IMG/VR virus record: IMGVR_UViG_3300037189_015081
Location: 52,682 to 116,681 of that record
DNA: 64,000 nt
Strand: one strand, 5' to 3'
DNA from: a virus
The notes under the pieces were generated by a model that saw only the letters and a list, made by a program, of their open reading frames with translations, did not search any database and was not told the DNA's origin. The translations under genes and the position numbers were made by a program. The first letter of the stretch is position 1. Every line of letters begins with the position of its first letter. Below are positions 27,117 through 34,981 of the stretch, piece after piece.

Positions 27117-27190
27117 CGGGACGTAGCTCAGCTTGGTAGAGCGCTCGGTTTGGGACCGAGAAGTCGCAGGTTCAAATCCTGTCGTCCCGA
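27117..27190 (+). tRNA. tRNA-Pro(UGG), CCA not encoded
   Basis: CGGGACG/CGTCCCG acceptor, GCTC/GAGC D stem, CTCGG-TT TGG GA-CCGAG anticodon arm, GGTTCAAATCC T loop; followed by CAA. Confidence 0.95.
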
Positions 27191-27220
27191 CAATAAAAAC
27201 AAACCCGAAGGAGCAGTATC

Positions 27221-27697
27221 ATGGGAACACTTATCATTCTGCGAGGACTACCCGCCAGCGGGAAAAGCACGTGGGCAAAACAATGGGCCGACGAGGAACC
27301 CAACCGCCTGCGGGTAAACCGTGATGACCTGCGCTACGCGCTATTCGGTCGATACATCAACGTAGACGAAAACCTGGTAACCAAGGTACAAAAAGCCGCC
27401 ATGCAGGAGGCAATGCGCCATGGCTACGACATCGTACTAGACAACACCAACCTGAACACGATCCACGCCTACGCGGCAATGGACCTTGCCATACGTGCGG
27501 GGTACCACATCCAGGTTAAGGACTTCGAAATCACGCTCGAGGAATCCATAACCCGTGACGCCCTGCGACCAGACCGAAACGTAGGCCAGGACGCCATCAC
27601 AAAAATCTACAAACGGTACATGCCTGCGGGTAAACTCCCGTACCTGAAGATAAAACAGCCAGAAAACAAAACACATAGAACAGAAAATCAGGTATAG
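27221..27697 (+). CDS. P-loop polynucleotide-kinase-like protein (AAA_33)
   Basis: LRGLPASGKSTWA, VNRDDLR, VLDNTNL; no HAD phosphatase domain. Confidence 0.85.
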   Translation: MGTLIILRGLPASGKSTWAKQWADEEPNRLRVNRDDLRYALFGRYINVDENLVTKVQKAAMQEAMRHGYDIVLDNTNLNTIHAYAAMDLAIRAGYHIQVKDFEITLEESITRDALRPDRNVGQDAITKIYKRYMPAGKLPYLKIKQPENKTHRTENQV

Positions 27698-27704
27698 TAC
27701 AAAC

Positions 27705-28166
27705 ATGGAAAACGAAAAACCTGACTTCACGCCAATTGACGAACCCGTCGAGGTCGTCAAGCCTGCGGCTACTCCAAAACCAGCAGCACGCAAGATGCCA
27801 GTACCCGACATCGCGTTCATCGAGGACACTGAGTCCCCGAACGTCAAGGTAACAAGCATCTCCAACCCTGTCGCCGAACACGTCGTATCCGGTGGTGACC
27901 ACGACGAGGTACACCTCGCCAGTTGCGTGTTCAAAAACAAGTACGCACGTAAAAGCCTTACGGTACACCACCTTCAGCGCCGTCTAACCGAACTCGGCTA
28001 TGGCGAAGCATCCGTGGACAGTGACGGTTACTTCGGGGACTACACCCTGCAAGCCATCGAGGCTTTCCGCAAGGACAAGAACATCAAGGGAACAGACCCG
28101 ATCGATGCGGCAACCTTCGAAGCCATCTTCATCGGTGACCCTAACGTCAAGGTAGTCATCAAGTAA
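27705..28166 (+). CDS. peptidoglycan-binding-domain protein without evident catalytic domain
   Basis: VHHLQRRLTELGY...DGYFGDYTLQAIEAF. Confidence 0.75.
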   Translation: MENEKPDFTPIDEPVEVVKPAATPKPAARKMPVPDIAFIEDTESPNVKVTSISNPVAEHVVSGGDHDEVHLASCVFKNKYARKSLTVHHLQRRLTELGYGEASVDSDGYFGDYTLQAIEAFRKDKNIKGTDPIDAATFEAIFIGDPNVKVVIK

Positions 28167-28183
28167 CCTGCGGGTAACCAAGT

Positions 28184-28219
28184 AGACAGGATCCTCTTGT
28201 GGGGATCCTGTCTTTTTTC
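28184..28219 (+). terminator. intrinsic terminator
   Basis: AGACAGGATCCTC-TTGT-GGGGATCCTGTCT followed by a T tract. Confidence 0.85.
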
Positions 28220-29003
28220 ATACCAAACCCTTGCGGGTATGCGGGAAACCCTTTCACACAACCAACACGACCCTAGTACATCGCCACGACACCCGAACAA
28301 ACCCCGCACTTACAAACAGCCAAATACCACGTGCCACATAGCGCTCGGGCGCCCATAGAGTCACTTTCACGTCACCAACACCATAACCATTGTTGCCCTA
28401 AAAAGCCCACCAGAACAGGCAACCAGGCTACATAAGCAACAGCCAGGCCCCCCGGGGAGCCCCTAGACGCCTGCCAAGACCTGCACCAACCAGCCAGACA
28501 GGCACCAGGCATACCCGTCAACCATCCCGAAAGCCCGGAACCCCGGGACACCATGGCAACCTAGCAGGTATCAGACCAGGACGATACCCAGGCGATCGAC
28601 AGGGACACCACAGGATACCCAGCATACATCAGCAGGGAACCCAGCACAACAACCCATGGAACCCCTGGAAACCTAGATAGGTTACACAGGCTATACCAGC
28701 CTGTCTACCAGGTTTTCCAAGGCCAACACATTGACCTGTCTACACCAACCTACAAAGCCAGCAACAACTAGAGTACAACATGGTGCCATTGACGCTCGCA
28801 GAAGTGTAACCCTGAAGGAAAAATGCAAATGGTTGCCACCGTCGGAAAAGTTCCTCGAGACACCTAGGAAAGGGCCTCTCGTATCCCGTAGCCTTCTCTC
28901 GCGTCCAAGCGAGTTTACCTTAAGGTACTACTTCTTCTCCGTCTGTACAAAAGTCTGCTGCCCTTGCTGGTACATCTCCGGATTGGAGTGATACAATAAC
29001 TAA

Positions 29004-30407
29004 ATGGCAAAGAGCATCATGGAACAGCTCGCCCTCCTCTCTGAAGAGGAGCGACGTGAAGTCTTGGCGGGCATGGATCCCGAGATGATCCTGTGGGACT
29101 GGTCCCTGTGGGGTCGACCTGAGCAGCACCAGCCCGTGGATAAGGACTGGAACATCTGGCTCGTGCTTGCTGGTCGTGGTTTTGGTAAGACACGTCTTGC
29201 ATCGGAGTGGGTTCGCGAGGAGGCAAAGTACACCACTACCGGTCAGCGTCGTTTCGCGCTTGTTGCGCGTACCGCCGCGGACGTGCGTGACGTTATCGTT
29301 GAGGGTGAGTCCGGGATCATCAATGTCTCTCCCCCGAGCGAGAAGCCGCACTATGAGCCGTCGAAGCGTCGTCTAACCTGGCCGAACGGTAATACCGCGA
29401 CCCTGTTTACCGCGGATGAGCCTGACTCATTGCGTGGTCCGCAGTTTACGCACGCCTGGGGTGACGAGATCGCCGCCTGGCGTCAAACACCTGACGCGGC
29501 TGGTATGACCGCGTTCGATAACCTTCGTGTGGGTACGCGTCTCGGTGATAAGCCAAAGCTCGTGTTGACAACGACCCCTAAGCGCGTGCCGATCCTGTAC
29601 CAGTTGATCCGTGAGTCTGAGAAGGGTAGTGACGTGCGGATCACCAAGGGTTCGACCATGGATAACGCTGGTAACCTGTCTAGCGCGTACCTGAACGCGA
29701 TCACGGGCGTGTATGAGGGTACGCGTCTTGCCCAGCAGGAGCTTATGGGTGAGATGTTGTCTGACGTTGAGGGTGCGTTGTGGACCCCGGAGCTGATTGA
29801 CGCTGCCCGTGAAAGCGCGCTCCCGCCGTCGACGCCTTTGCGTTTGATTGGCGTTGACCCCTCGGTCGCGGAGAATCCGCGTGACGAGTGCGGTATCGTT
29901 GTTGTTGCGTCGACGGGTGACCATGATCTGTATAAGCGCCACGCCTGGGTTCTCGAGGACGCCTCGGTGCTTGGTGCCCCGAATGTCTGGGCGCAGCGCG
30001 TTGTTGCCATGGCGCGTAAGTGGGGTTGCCCGGTTGTTGCCGAGGTGAATCAGGGTGGTGCCCTTGTTCGGAACGCGATTAACGCGATTGACCCGTCGGT
30101 GAAGGTTCTCGAGGTTCACTCGAAGTATGGTAAGGCTTTGCGCGCTGAGCCCGTGACTCTTGCGTATGAGCAGGGGCGTGTTCACCACGTGGATTACCAT
30201 GCGCAGCTTGAGTCGCAGATGATTTCCTGGATCCCGGGTGAAGGTAAGTCCCCGGACCGTGTTGACGCGCTGGTTCACGCCTTGACCGCTCTCTTGATTA
30301 AGCCGCCTGCCGGGTTTACTGGCGGTAAGGTCCGTGCGTCGTCACCGTCCGCCGCGCGTCTCCCGAATATGCGTGGCTCGGCTGGTCGAGTGTTTAAGGC
30401 GCGCTAG
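29004..30407 (+). CDS. terminase large subunit
   Basis: AGRGFGKT Walker A, LRGPQF...WGDE, IGVDP nuclease motif, SPDRVDA; leaderless TGATACAAT. Confidence 0.95.
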   Translation: MAKSIMEQLALLSEEERREVLAGMDPEMILWDWSLWGRPEQHQPVDKDWNIWLVLAGRGFGKTRLASEWVREEAKYTTTGQRRFALVARTAADVRDVIVEGESGIINVSPPSEKPHYEPSKRRLTWPNGNTATLFTADEPDSLRGPQFTHAWGDEIAAWRQTPDAAGMTAFDNLRVGTRLGDKPKLVLTTTPKRVPILYQLIRESEKGSDVRITKGSTMDNAGNLSSAYLNAITGVYEGTRLAQQELMGEMLSDVEGALWTPELIDAARESALPPSTPLRLIGVDPSVAENPRDECGIVVVASTGDHDLYKRHAWVLEDASVLGAPNVWAQRVVAMARKWGCPVVAEVNQGGALVRNAINAIDPSVKVLEVHSKYGKALRAEPVTLAYEQGRVHHVDYHAQLESQMISWIPGEGKSPDRVDALVHALTALLIKPPAGFTGGKVRASSPSAARLPNMRGSAGRVFKAR

Positions 30408-30466
30408 TTTTTATTTTTCACTGATACCTGATACGGTATAAATAACGCAAGAACGACGGTTCGAGC

Positions 30467-30617
30467 GGAGTGATGGCTGAATGTGACCTTCCAGTAGGGT
30501 CCTAAGGCACGGCTGGCCCTAGCGGGTTTCCTTAGCGGGAGTAACGGCTGGTCGGGTGCGGTACATACTAATGTTCTGCTGGAAACCCGTGGTGGTAAAA
30601 CGCAATCCACCCACTCA
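30467..30617 (+). ncRNA. putative structured, tRNA-like ncRNA
   Basis: Four nested stems in the terL-GT intergenic gap, followed by a terminator (see findings). Confidence 0.5.
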
Positions 30618-30621
30618 CACT

Positions 30622-30666
30622 AAACCCCCGGAACAAGTTCGAAAGAGCGCCGGGGGTTTTATTTTT
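30622..30666 (+). terminator. intrinsic terminator
   Basis: AAACCCCCGG...CCGGGGGTTT then TATTTTT. Confidence 0.75.
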
Positions 30667-30678
30667 CCTGAATGAAAG

Positions 30679-31287
30679 GTGGTTCCCGTGTTGGTTAATG
30701 TTCCTACCGTTGACACGGTGTATATCAACCTTGATGATCGACCTGATCTGGACGCGCGGATGCGTGAGTTGCTCAGGGAATACAGGAGCGTGACAAGGTT
30801 ACCCGCCACGGTTTGGTCGTTACCAGCGGCGGTTTCGATGAGTCACCGTCGTGCCCTTGATCACAATGCGGATGATAAACCATTGTTGATCCTGGAGGAT
30901 GACTGTGTGCCTTTTGAGCCGCGCGCCTTGATCGAGGTTCCGGATGACGCGGACATTGTTTATCTCGGTATTTCGAGTATCCCGTATCTTGGTAACCCGG
31001 AGCGCAAGGAGGATTTTATTAAACCGTATGAACCTGTTGACGCGTCCCGTGATGTTTGGCGGGCGTATGGTTCACTGCTTACGCACGCGGTTTTGTATTT
31101 GACGCCTCGCGGGCGTGAGTATATGCGCGCGGTGTGTGATTTTGCGATCAAGGTGAATGGTCCGCATGATTTTTATGTCGCGGAGTCATTGTTCACGGTC
31201 AAGGCGTACGCATTGAATTCCCCCTTTTTTGCGCAGTCCTCGCAGTTTGAGGTGTCGAATGGTACGCTCGATTTTTTCTATGACTAA
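30679..31287 (+). CDS. glycosyltransferase family 25-like
   Basis: VYINLDDRPD, SHRRAL, LILEDD, DIVYLG, THAVLY. Confidence 0.75.
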   Translation: MVPVLVNVPTVDTVYINLDDRPDLDARMRELLREYRSVTRLPATVWSLPAAVSMSHRRALDHNADDKPLLILEDDCVPFEPRALIEVPDDADIVYLGISSIPYLGNPERKEDFIKPYEPVDASRDVWRAYGSLLTHAVLYLTPRGREYMRAVCDFAIKVNGPHDFYVAESLFTVKAYALNSPFFAQSSQFEVSNGTLDFFYD

Positions 31288-31322
31288 CATAACGGTGTAC
31301 ACTTCCCCGATATATTGAATAA

Positions 31323-31823
31323 ATGAGTTCAACTGAGCGCCGCCCCGCGTATCGACAGGCGCTACCACCGCAGGAGGCGGAGCTGTTGAACACGCTTTTT
31401 GACGAGGAACTCTACACCCGGGTTCGCAGCCTGTTTGATGCTGGCTGGACGTTGCAGGCTATCGGTGACGCCTTTACACCGCCGCGCACAAGGTCAACGG
31501 TACGGTACTGGGCTACGCGTCGCCATTCACCGTCAACGCTGCCACAGGAGCTTCCTGCACCCAGGTACAAGGCTCGCGGGTATGTTTCACGTCGACCCAA
31601 GTCGCCTGGTATCCCGCAGGATGTTCGCGACCGGATCCTGAACCTGTCAAATGTTGCCCGTCGCTACCGGGCGAAGATGAACCCTTTGTCCCGCGAGGCT
31701 TTGGCCAATGAGGAACTAACCAATCTTTGCACGTCACTGTACGAGGCAAATGTACCAGTCCGCGAACTTGCCGAGGCTGCTGGTGTCACCTATCGTGCAA
31801 TGGCACGTCGGCTTGGGAGATAG
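31323..31823 (+). CDS. double-HTH DNA-binding protein
   Basis: WTLQAIGDAF...RSTVRYW and VPVRELAEAAGVTYRAMARR; leaderless TATATT. Confidence 0.75.
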   Translation: MSSTERRPAYRQALPPQEAELLNTLFDEELYTRVRSLFDAGWTLQAIGDAFTPPRTRSTVRYWATRRHSPSTLPQELPAPRYKARGYVSRRPKSPGIPQDVRDRILNLSNVARRYRAKMNPLSREALANEELTNLCTSLYEANVPVRELAEAAGVTYRAMARRLGR

Positions 31824-31825
31824 AA

Positions 31826-32188
31826 ATGCAGATCATCTATGACGTGTTCCCGGCGCATGTCGCTGTTGCACCCGCTGGTTTATGCGAGCTTTCAGAGATG
31901 ACCGCCTTTCCGCCACCGGAAGGGGCGTACCGCGTTGACAAGGCTCGCGTTGTTGTCACGGCAACGCATGTCATGGTCGCCAAGGACATGGATGGCGGGC
32001 CGGCGGTTATTTTTCGCGAGGAGTACAGTGAACTCGTGAAGAACAGCAAGGATAACGATTCATTTGTGAAAACGAGCTCCGGGAAGATGCTCGCGTTCCG
32101 AAAGGACACGACCTGTGGCTGTGGTTCGCGTCTTCGCGGCTGGAACCCGTTTACCGTGTTACACTCGTCAAGCGACCCGGCGCAGTAA
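31826..32188 (+). CDS. hypothetical protein
   Basis: ATG after GGGAG; C-terminal CGCGSRLRGWNP. Confidence 0.7.
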   Translation: MQIIYDVFPAHVAVAPAGLCELSEMTAFPPPEGAYRVDKARVVVTATHVMVAKDMDGGPAVIFREEYSELVKNSKDNDSFVKTSSGKMLAFRKDTTCGCGSRLRGWNPFTVLHSSSDPAQ

Positions 32189-32197
32189 GGTAGAGCA

Positions 32198-32491
32198 ATG
32201 CCACAGGTTGATTTTTTAACGGTTATCGTTCTCGCACTCGCCGTGTACCGGTTGTGCCGACTTGTCATCGAGGACACGGTGTTTAACGGCCTGCGTAACC
32301 TGGTCTGGTCAAAGTTTCCGCCGTCCACGCTGGTTGGCTACTGGTTTACCTGTTACTGGTGTACGAGCGTCTGGTTCGCATCACTTGTTGTGATTTCATA
32401 TATGATTATTCCAGTACCTACTTTTGTGGTTTCGCTTATTTTAGCGTTGTCCACGATTGTTGGTATTGTTGCCGCGCGGATTGACAACTAG
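32198..32491 (+). CDS. DUF1360 family membrane protein
   Basis: LAVYRLCRLVIED...TCYWCTSVW. Confidence 0.85.
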   Translation: MPQVDFLTVIVLALAVYRLCRLVIEDTVFNGLRNLVWSKFPPSTLVGYWFTCYWCTSVWFASLVVISYMIIPVPTFVVSLILALSTIVGIVAARIDN

Positions 32492-32526
32492 TCACCCGTT
32501 CCGTATACAGAGACGAGGAGAGTATC

Positions 32527-34284
32527 TTGGGAGTTTTTCGCCGCGAGGATGAGCCGGTTAACCGCGCCGCTCGCCGTGCCGCTGGTCAACGTTCGCAGCA
32601 GCCTAGCGTTCCAATTGTTCAGTCATTCCCGAACTACAACACGGCTAATTCCGCCGCGTTCTCTACCCCTCGTGCACTGACCGCTGCCGCGGCACAGATC
32701 AACCTTAATGATAAGGGTGAGGCTGAGCGGTTCCGTAATCGTCGCAATGGCGGTGGCGACTCCTGGCAGGATGAAGCCTGGGAGTATTACGACGCGATTG
32801 GCGAGATCAAGTACGCCTTTACACTTGTTGCCTCGGTTGTTTCGCGTATTCGTCTTTTCGCCGGGTACGTCGAGGACCCGAGCCAGCCTCCTATCCCTAT
32901 CCGTGCATCTACCATTGACGATGCGCGTCTTGCTTCGGCGGCTGAGCGTGCGATTGTGCGTCTTGACTCCGCCTATGGCGGCCAGGCTGGTCTTCTTCGT
33001 GACGCCGCCTTGAACCTGTCGGTTGCTGGCGAGTGTTACCTTGTTCAGATCCCTGAGCGTCTCGGTTCGGGTGTCCCTGAGTCATGGGATATTCGTTCAA
33101 TTGACGAGCTTCGCGTTGACCCTCGCGGCACGTACACCGTTGTTCCTCGCGGCGATGTTCAACAGGGTAGCGGCCAGAAGGGTAATGGCGGTTTCCCGCT
33201 TCCTAAGGGCGCATTTGTTGGTCGTATCTGGAAGGCTCACCCGCGTTACTCGGACGACCCGGATTCGTCGATGCGTGGTATCCTTGATCTCTGCTCGGAG
33301 CTGCTGCTGTTGAACCGTACGTTCCGTGCAACGGCGCGCTCGCGTCTTAACGCTGGAGCCTTGTATCTGCCTGACGGCCTGTCCGTGGCAAGTGACGCGG
33401 GACCTGACTATCCTTACGCTGATGACGCCATTAACCAGGATTACACCCCGGAGGAGGCCGAGGACGAATTCGAGGAGCAGCTCATCGACGCGATGACAAC
33501 TCCGATTCGTGACGAGGACTCTGCGGCCGCGGTTGTGCCATTGATTATCCGCGGTCCAGCTGAACTCGGGGATAAAATAAAGCAGTTCAAGTTTGAGCGC
33601 TCATTTGATGAGGCGCTGGTTGCTCGTGCTGACCGTGTCCTTGAGCGTATTCTTCAAGGTATCGACGTTCCAAAGGACGTTGTTACTGGTCTCGCGAACG
33701 TTAAGTACTCGAACGCCTTGCAAATTGACGAGTCCTTGTACAAGGCGCACATTGAGCCATTGATGCTTTTGATCGTTGATGCTCTTACCGTTGTTTATCT
33801 TCGCCCGTACCTCTTGGCCAATGGTTTTGACCCAGCGCATGTCGAGCGTGTATGCGTCTGGTATGACCCGTCGCAGGTCGCGACGCGCAATGACCGCGCG
33901 GCTGACGCTGATTCGGGCTTTGACAAGATGGCTGTGAGCTTTGACACCTGGCGTCGCGCACATGGCTTCACTGACGCGGACGCACCGCAACCAACGGAGC
34001 TTGCGTTGCGTCTGCTTATCGAGAAGGGCATGATCACTCCTGAAACGAGTGAGGCGATGCTCAAGGCGTTTGCTCCTGAGGCAATGGACGCGGCACGTGG
34101 CGCATCGCAGGCTTCCTCGGTTGCCCCGATCCCGTCTGCCTTGCAGGATTTGTTGAAGGGTGGAGCACCGGCTGCCCCGGTGGCTGAACCCGCGTCTGCG
34201 CCGGTTGAACCGCCTGTTCTCGCTGAACCTACCGCTCCTGCTGCACCGGAAGGGGATCAGGGTGAGCAGCCTGCAGGGTCATAA
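32527..34284 (+). CDS. portal protein
   Basis: WQDEAWEYYDAIGEIKYA, LNLSVAGECYL, SRLNAG; lies after the terminase. Confidence 0.85.
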   Translation: MGVFRREDEPVNRAARRAAGQRSQQPSVPIVQSFPNYNTANSAAFSTPRALTAAAAQINLNDKGEAERFRNRRNGGGDSWQDEAWEYYDAIGEIKYAFTLVASVVSRIRLFAGYVEDPSQPPIPIRASTIDDARLASAAERAIVRLDSAYGGQAGLLRDAALNLSVAGECYLVQIPERLGSGVPESWDIRSIDELRVDPRGTYTVVPRGDVQQGSGQKGNGGFPLPKGAFVGRIWKAHPRYSDDPDSSMRGILDLCSELLLLNRTFRATARSRLNAGALYLPDGLSVASDAGPDYPYADDAINQDYTPEEAEDEFEEQLIDAMTTPIRDEDSAAAVVPLIIRGPAELGDKIKQFKFERSFDEALVARADRVLERILQGIDVPKDVVTGLANVKYSNALQIDESLYKAHIEPLMLLIVDALTVVYLRPYLLANGFDPAHVERVCVWYDPSQVATRNDRAADADSGFDKMAVSFDTWRRAHGFTDADAPQPTELALRLLIEKGMITPETSEAMLKAFAPEAMDAARGASQASSVAPIPSALQDLLKGGAPAAPVAEPASAPVEPPVLAEPTAPAAPEGDQGEQPAGS

Positions 34285-34981
34285 CGCTGACGAGGACGCC
34301 GTTGTCACGGCTGCTGGTTCCAAGCCTGCGCCAAAGAAGGACCGGATTCACGGATCAAAGGTAAATAAGCCTGGTTCCGCTGAGACTGGCACAAAGGTGA
34401 AGTTTTCCGCACGCACCGAGGATCTGCTCCGTAAGAAACTCGAGGATCACAACAAAAAGGCGTCACCTGGTCGCAAGGCGACAATGGCGCAGCTCAAGGC
34501 TGTTTACCGTCGTGGCGCTGGTGCGTACTCGTCGAGCCACCGTGCTGGTGTTGGTCGTGACCAGTGGGCGATCGCTCGCGTTAACGCGTACCTTCACCTG
34601 TTGAAGAGCGGTAAACCAGCGAACTCTAACTACGTGCAGGATAATGATCTTCTCCCTGCGACCCACCCGCGCTCGACAAAGAACGAGGCGCAGGTTCTTA
34701 TCGCGTCCGGTGTTCTCCCCGAGGAGCACGCGCTCGAGATCGAGATTCTCCCCGAGGAGGAGTACGCATCCTCCGAGGACGCCTTGCTTGCCATGGCGGA
34801 GATTTCTGGTGCTGGCTATGAGATTATCCCGGCGCTACGCGCCGCGTGGCTTCGCGGGGTTCACGCAAAGGAATCACCTTTTGATCGTGCCATGTTGCTC
34901 GCGTCCGCCTTGTACGCCAGCGAGGACGCTGATCTTCTTCCACTAGTAAATGATGACACACGGGAAGGTTTTTACCTGTGA
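34262..34981 (+). CDS. DUF5824-like head-associated protein
   Basis: LKAVYRRGAGAYSSSHRAG..RDQWAIARVNAY...DNDLLP; GTG 34262 has an RBS. Confidence 0.65.
   Translation: MSSLQGHNADEDAVVTAAGSKPAPKKDRIHGSKVNKPGSAETGTKVKFSARTEDLLRKKLEDHNKKASPGRKATMAQLKAVYRRGAGAYSSSHRAGVGRDQWAIARVNAYLHLLKSGKPANSNYVQDNDLLPATHPRSTKNEAQVLIASGVLPEEHALEIEILPEEEYASSEDALLAMAEISGAGYEIIPALRAAWLRGVHAKESPFDRAMLLASALYASEDADLLPLVNDDTREGFYL

Noticed and set aside
27133-27324. 63-aa ORF overlapping the tRNA
   Set aside because: It is a translation of tRNA-Pro sequence (VERSVWDREVAGSNP), a common artefact.
28372-28991. Short ORFs in the gap before the terminase gene
   Set aside because: They are low-complexity products of the repeat tract with no start signals.
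29427-30278. Long antisense ORFs (also 16900..17685, 35827..36597, 45818..46786, 49688..50491, 51665..52420)
   Set aside because: They are shadows of well-supported plus-strand genes in GC-rich DNA, with no RBS or recognisable motifs.
30467-30617. Canonical tRNA gene
   Set aside because: It lacks a 7-nt anticodon loop, the TTC T-loop and CCA; kept only as a putative tRNA-like ncRNA.
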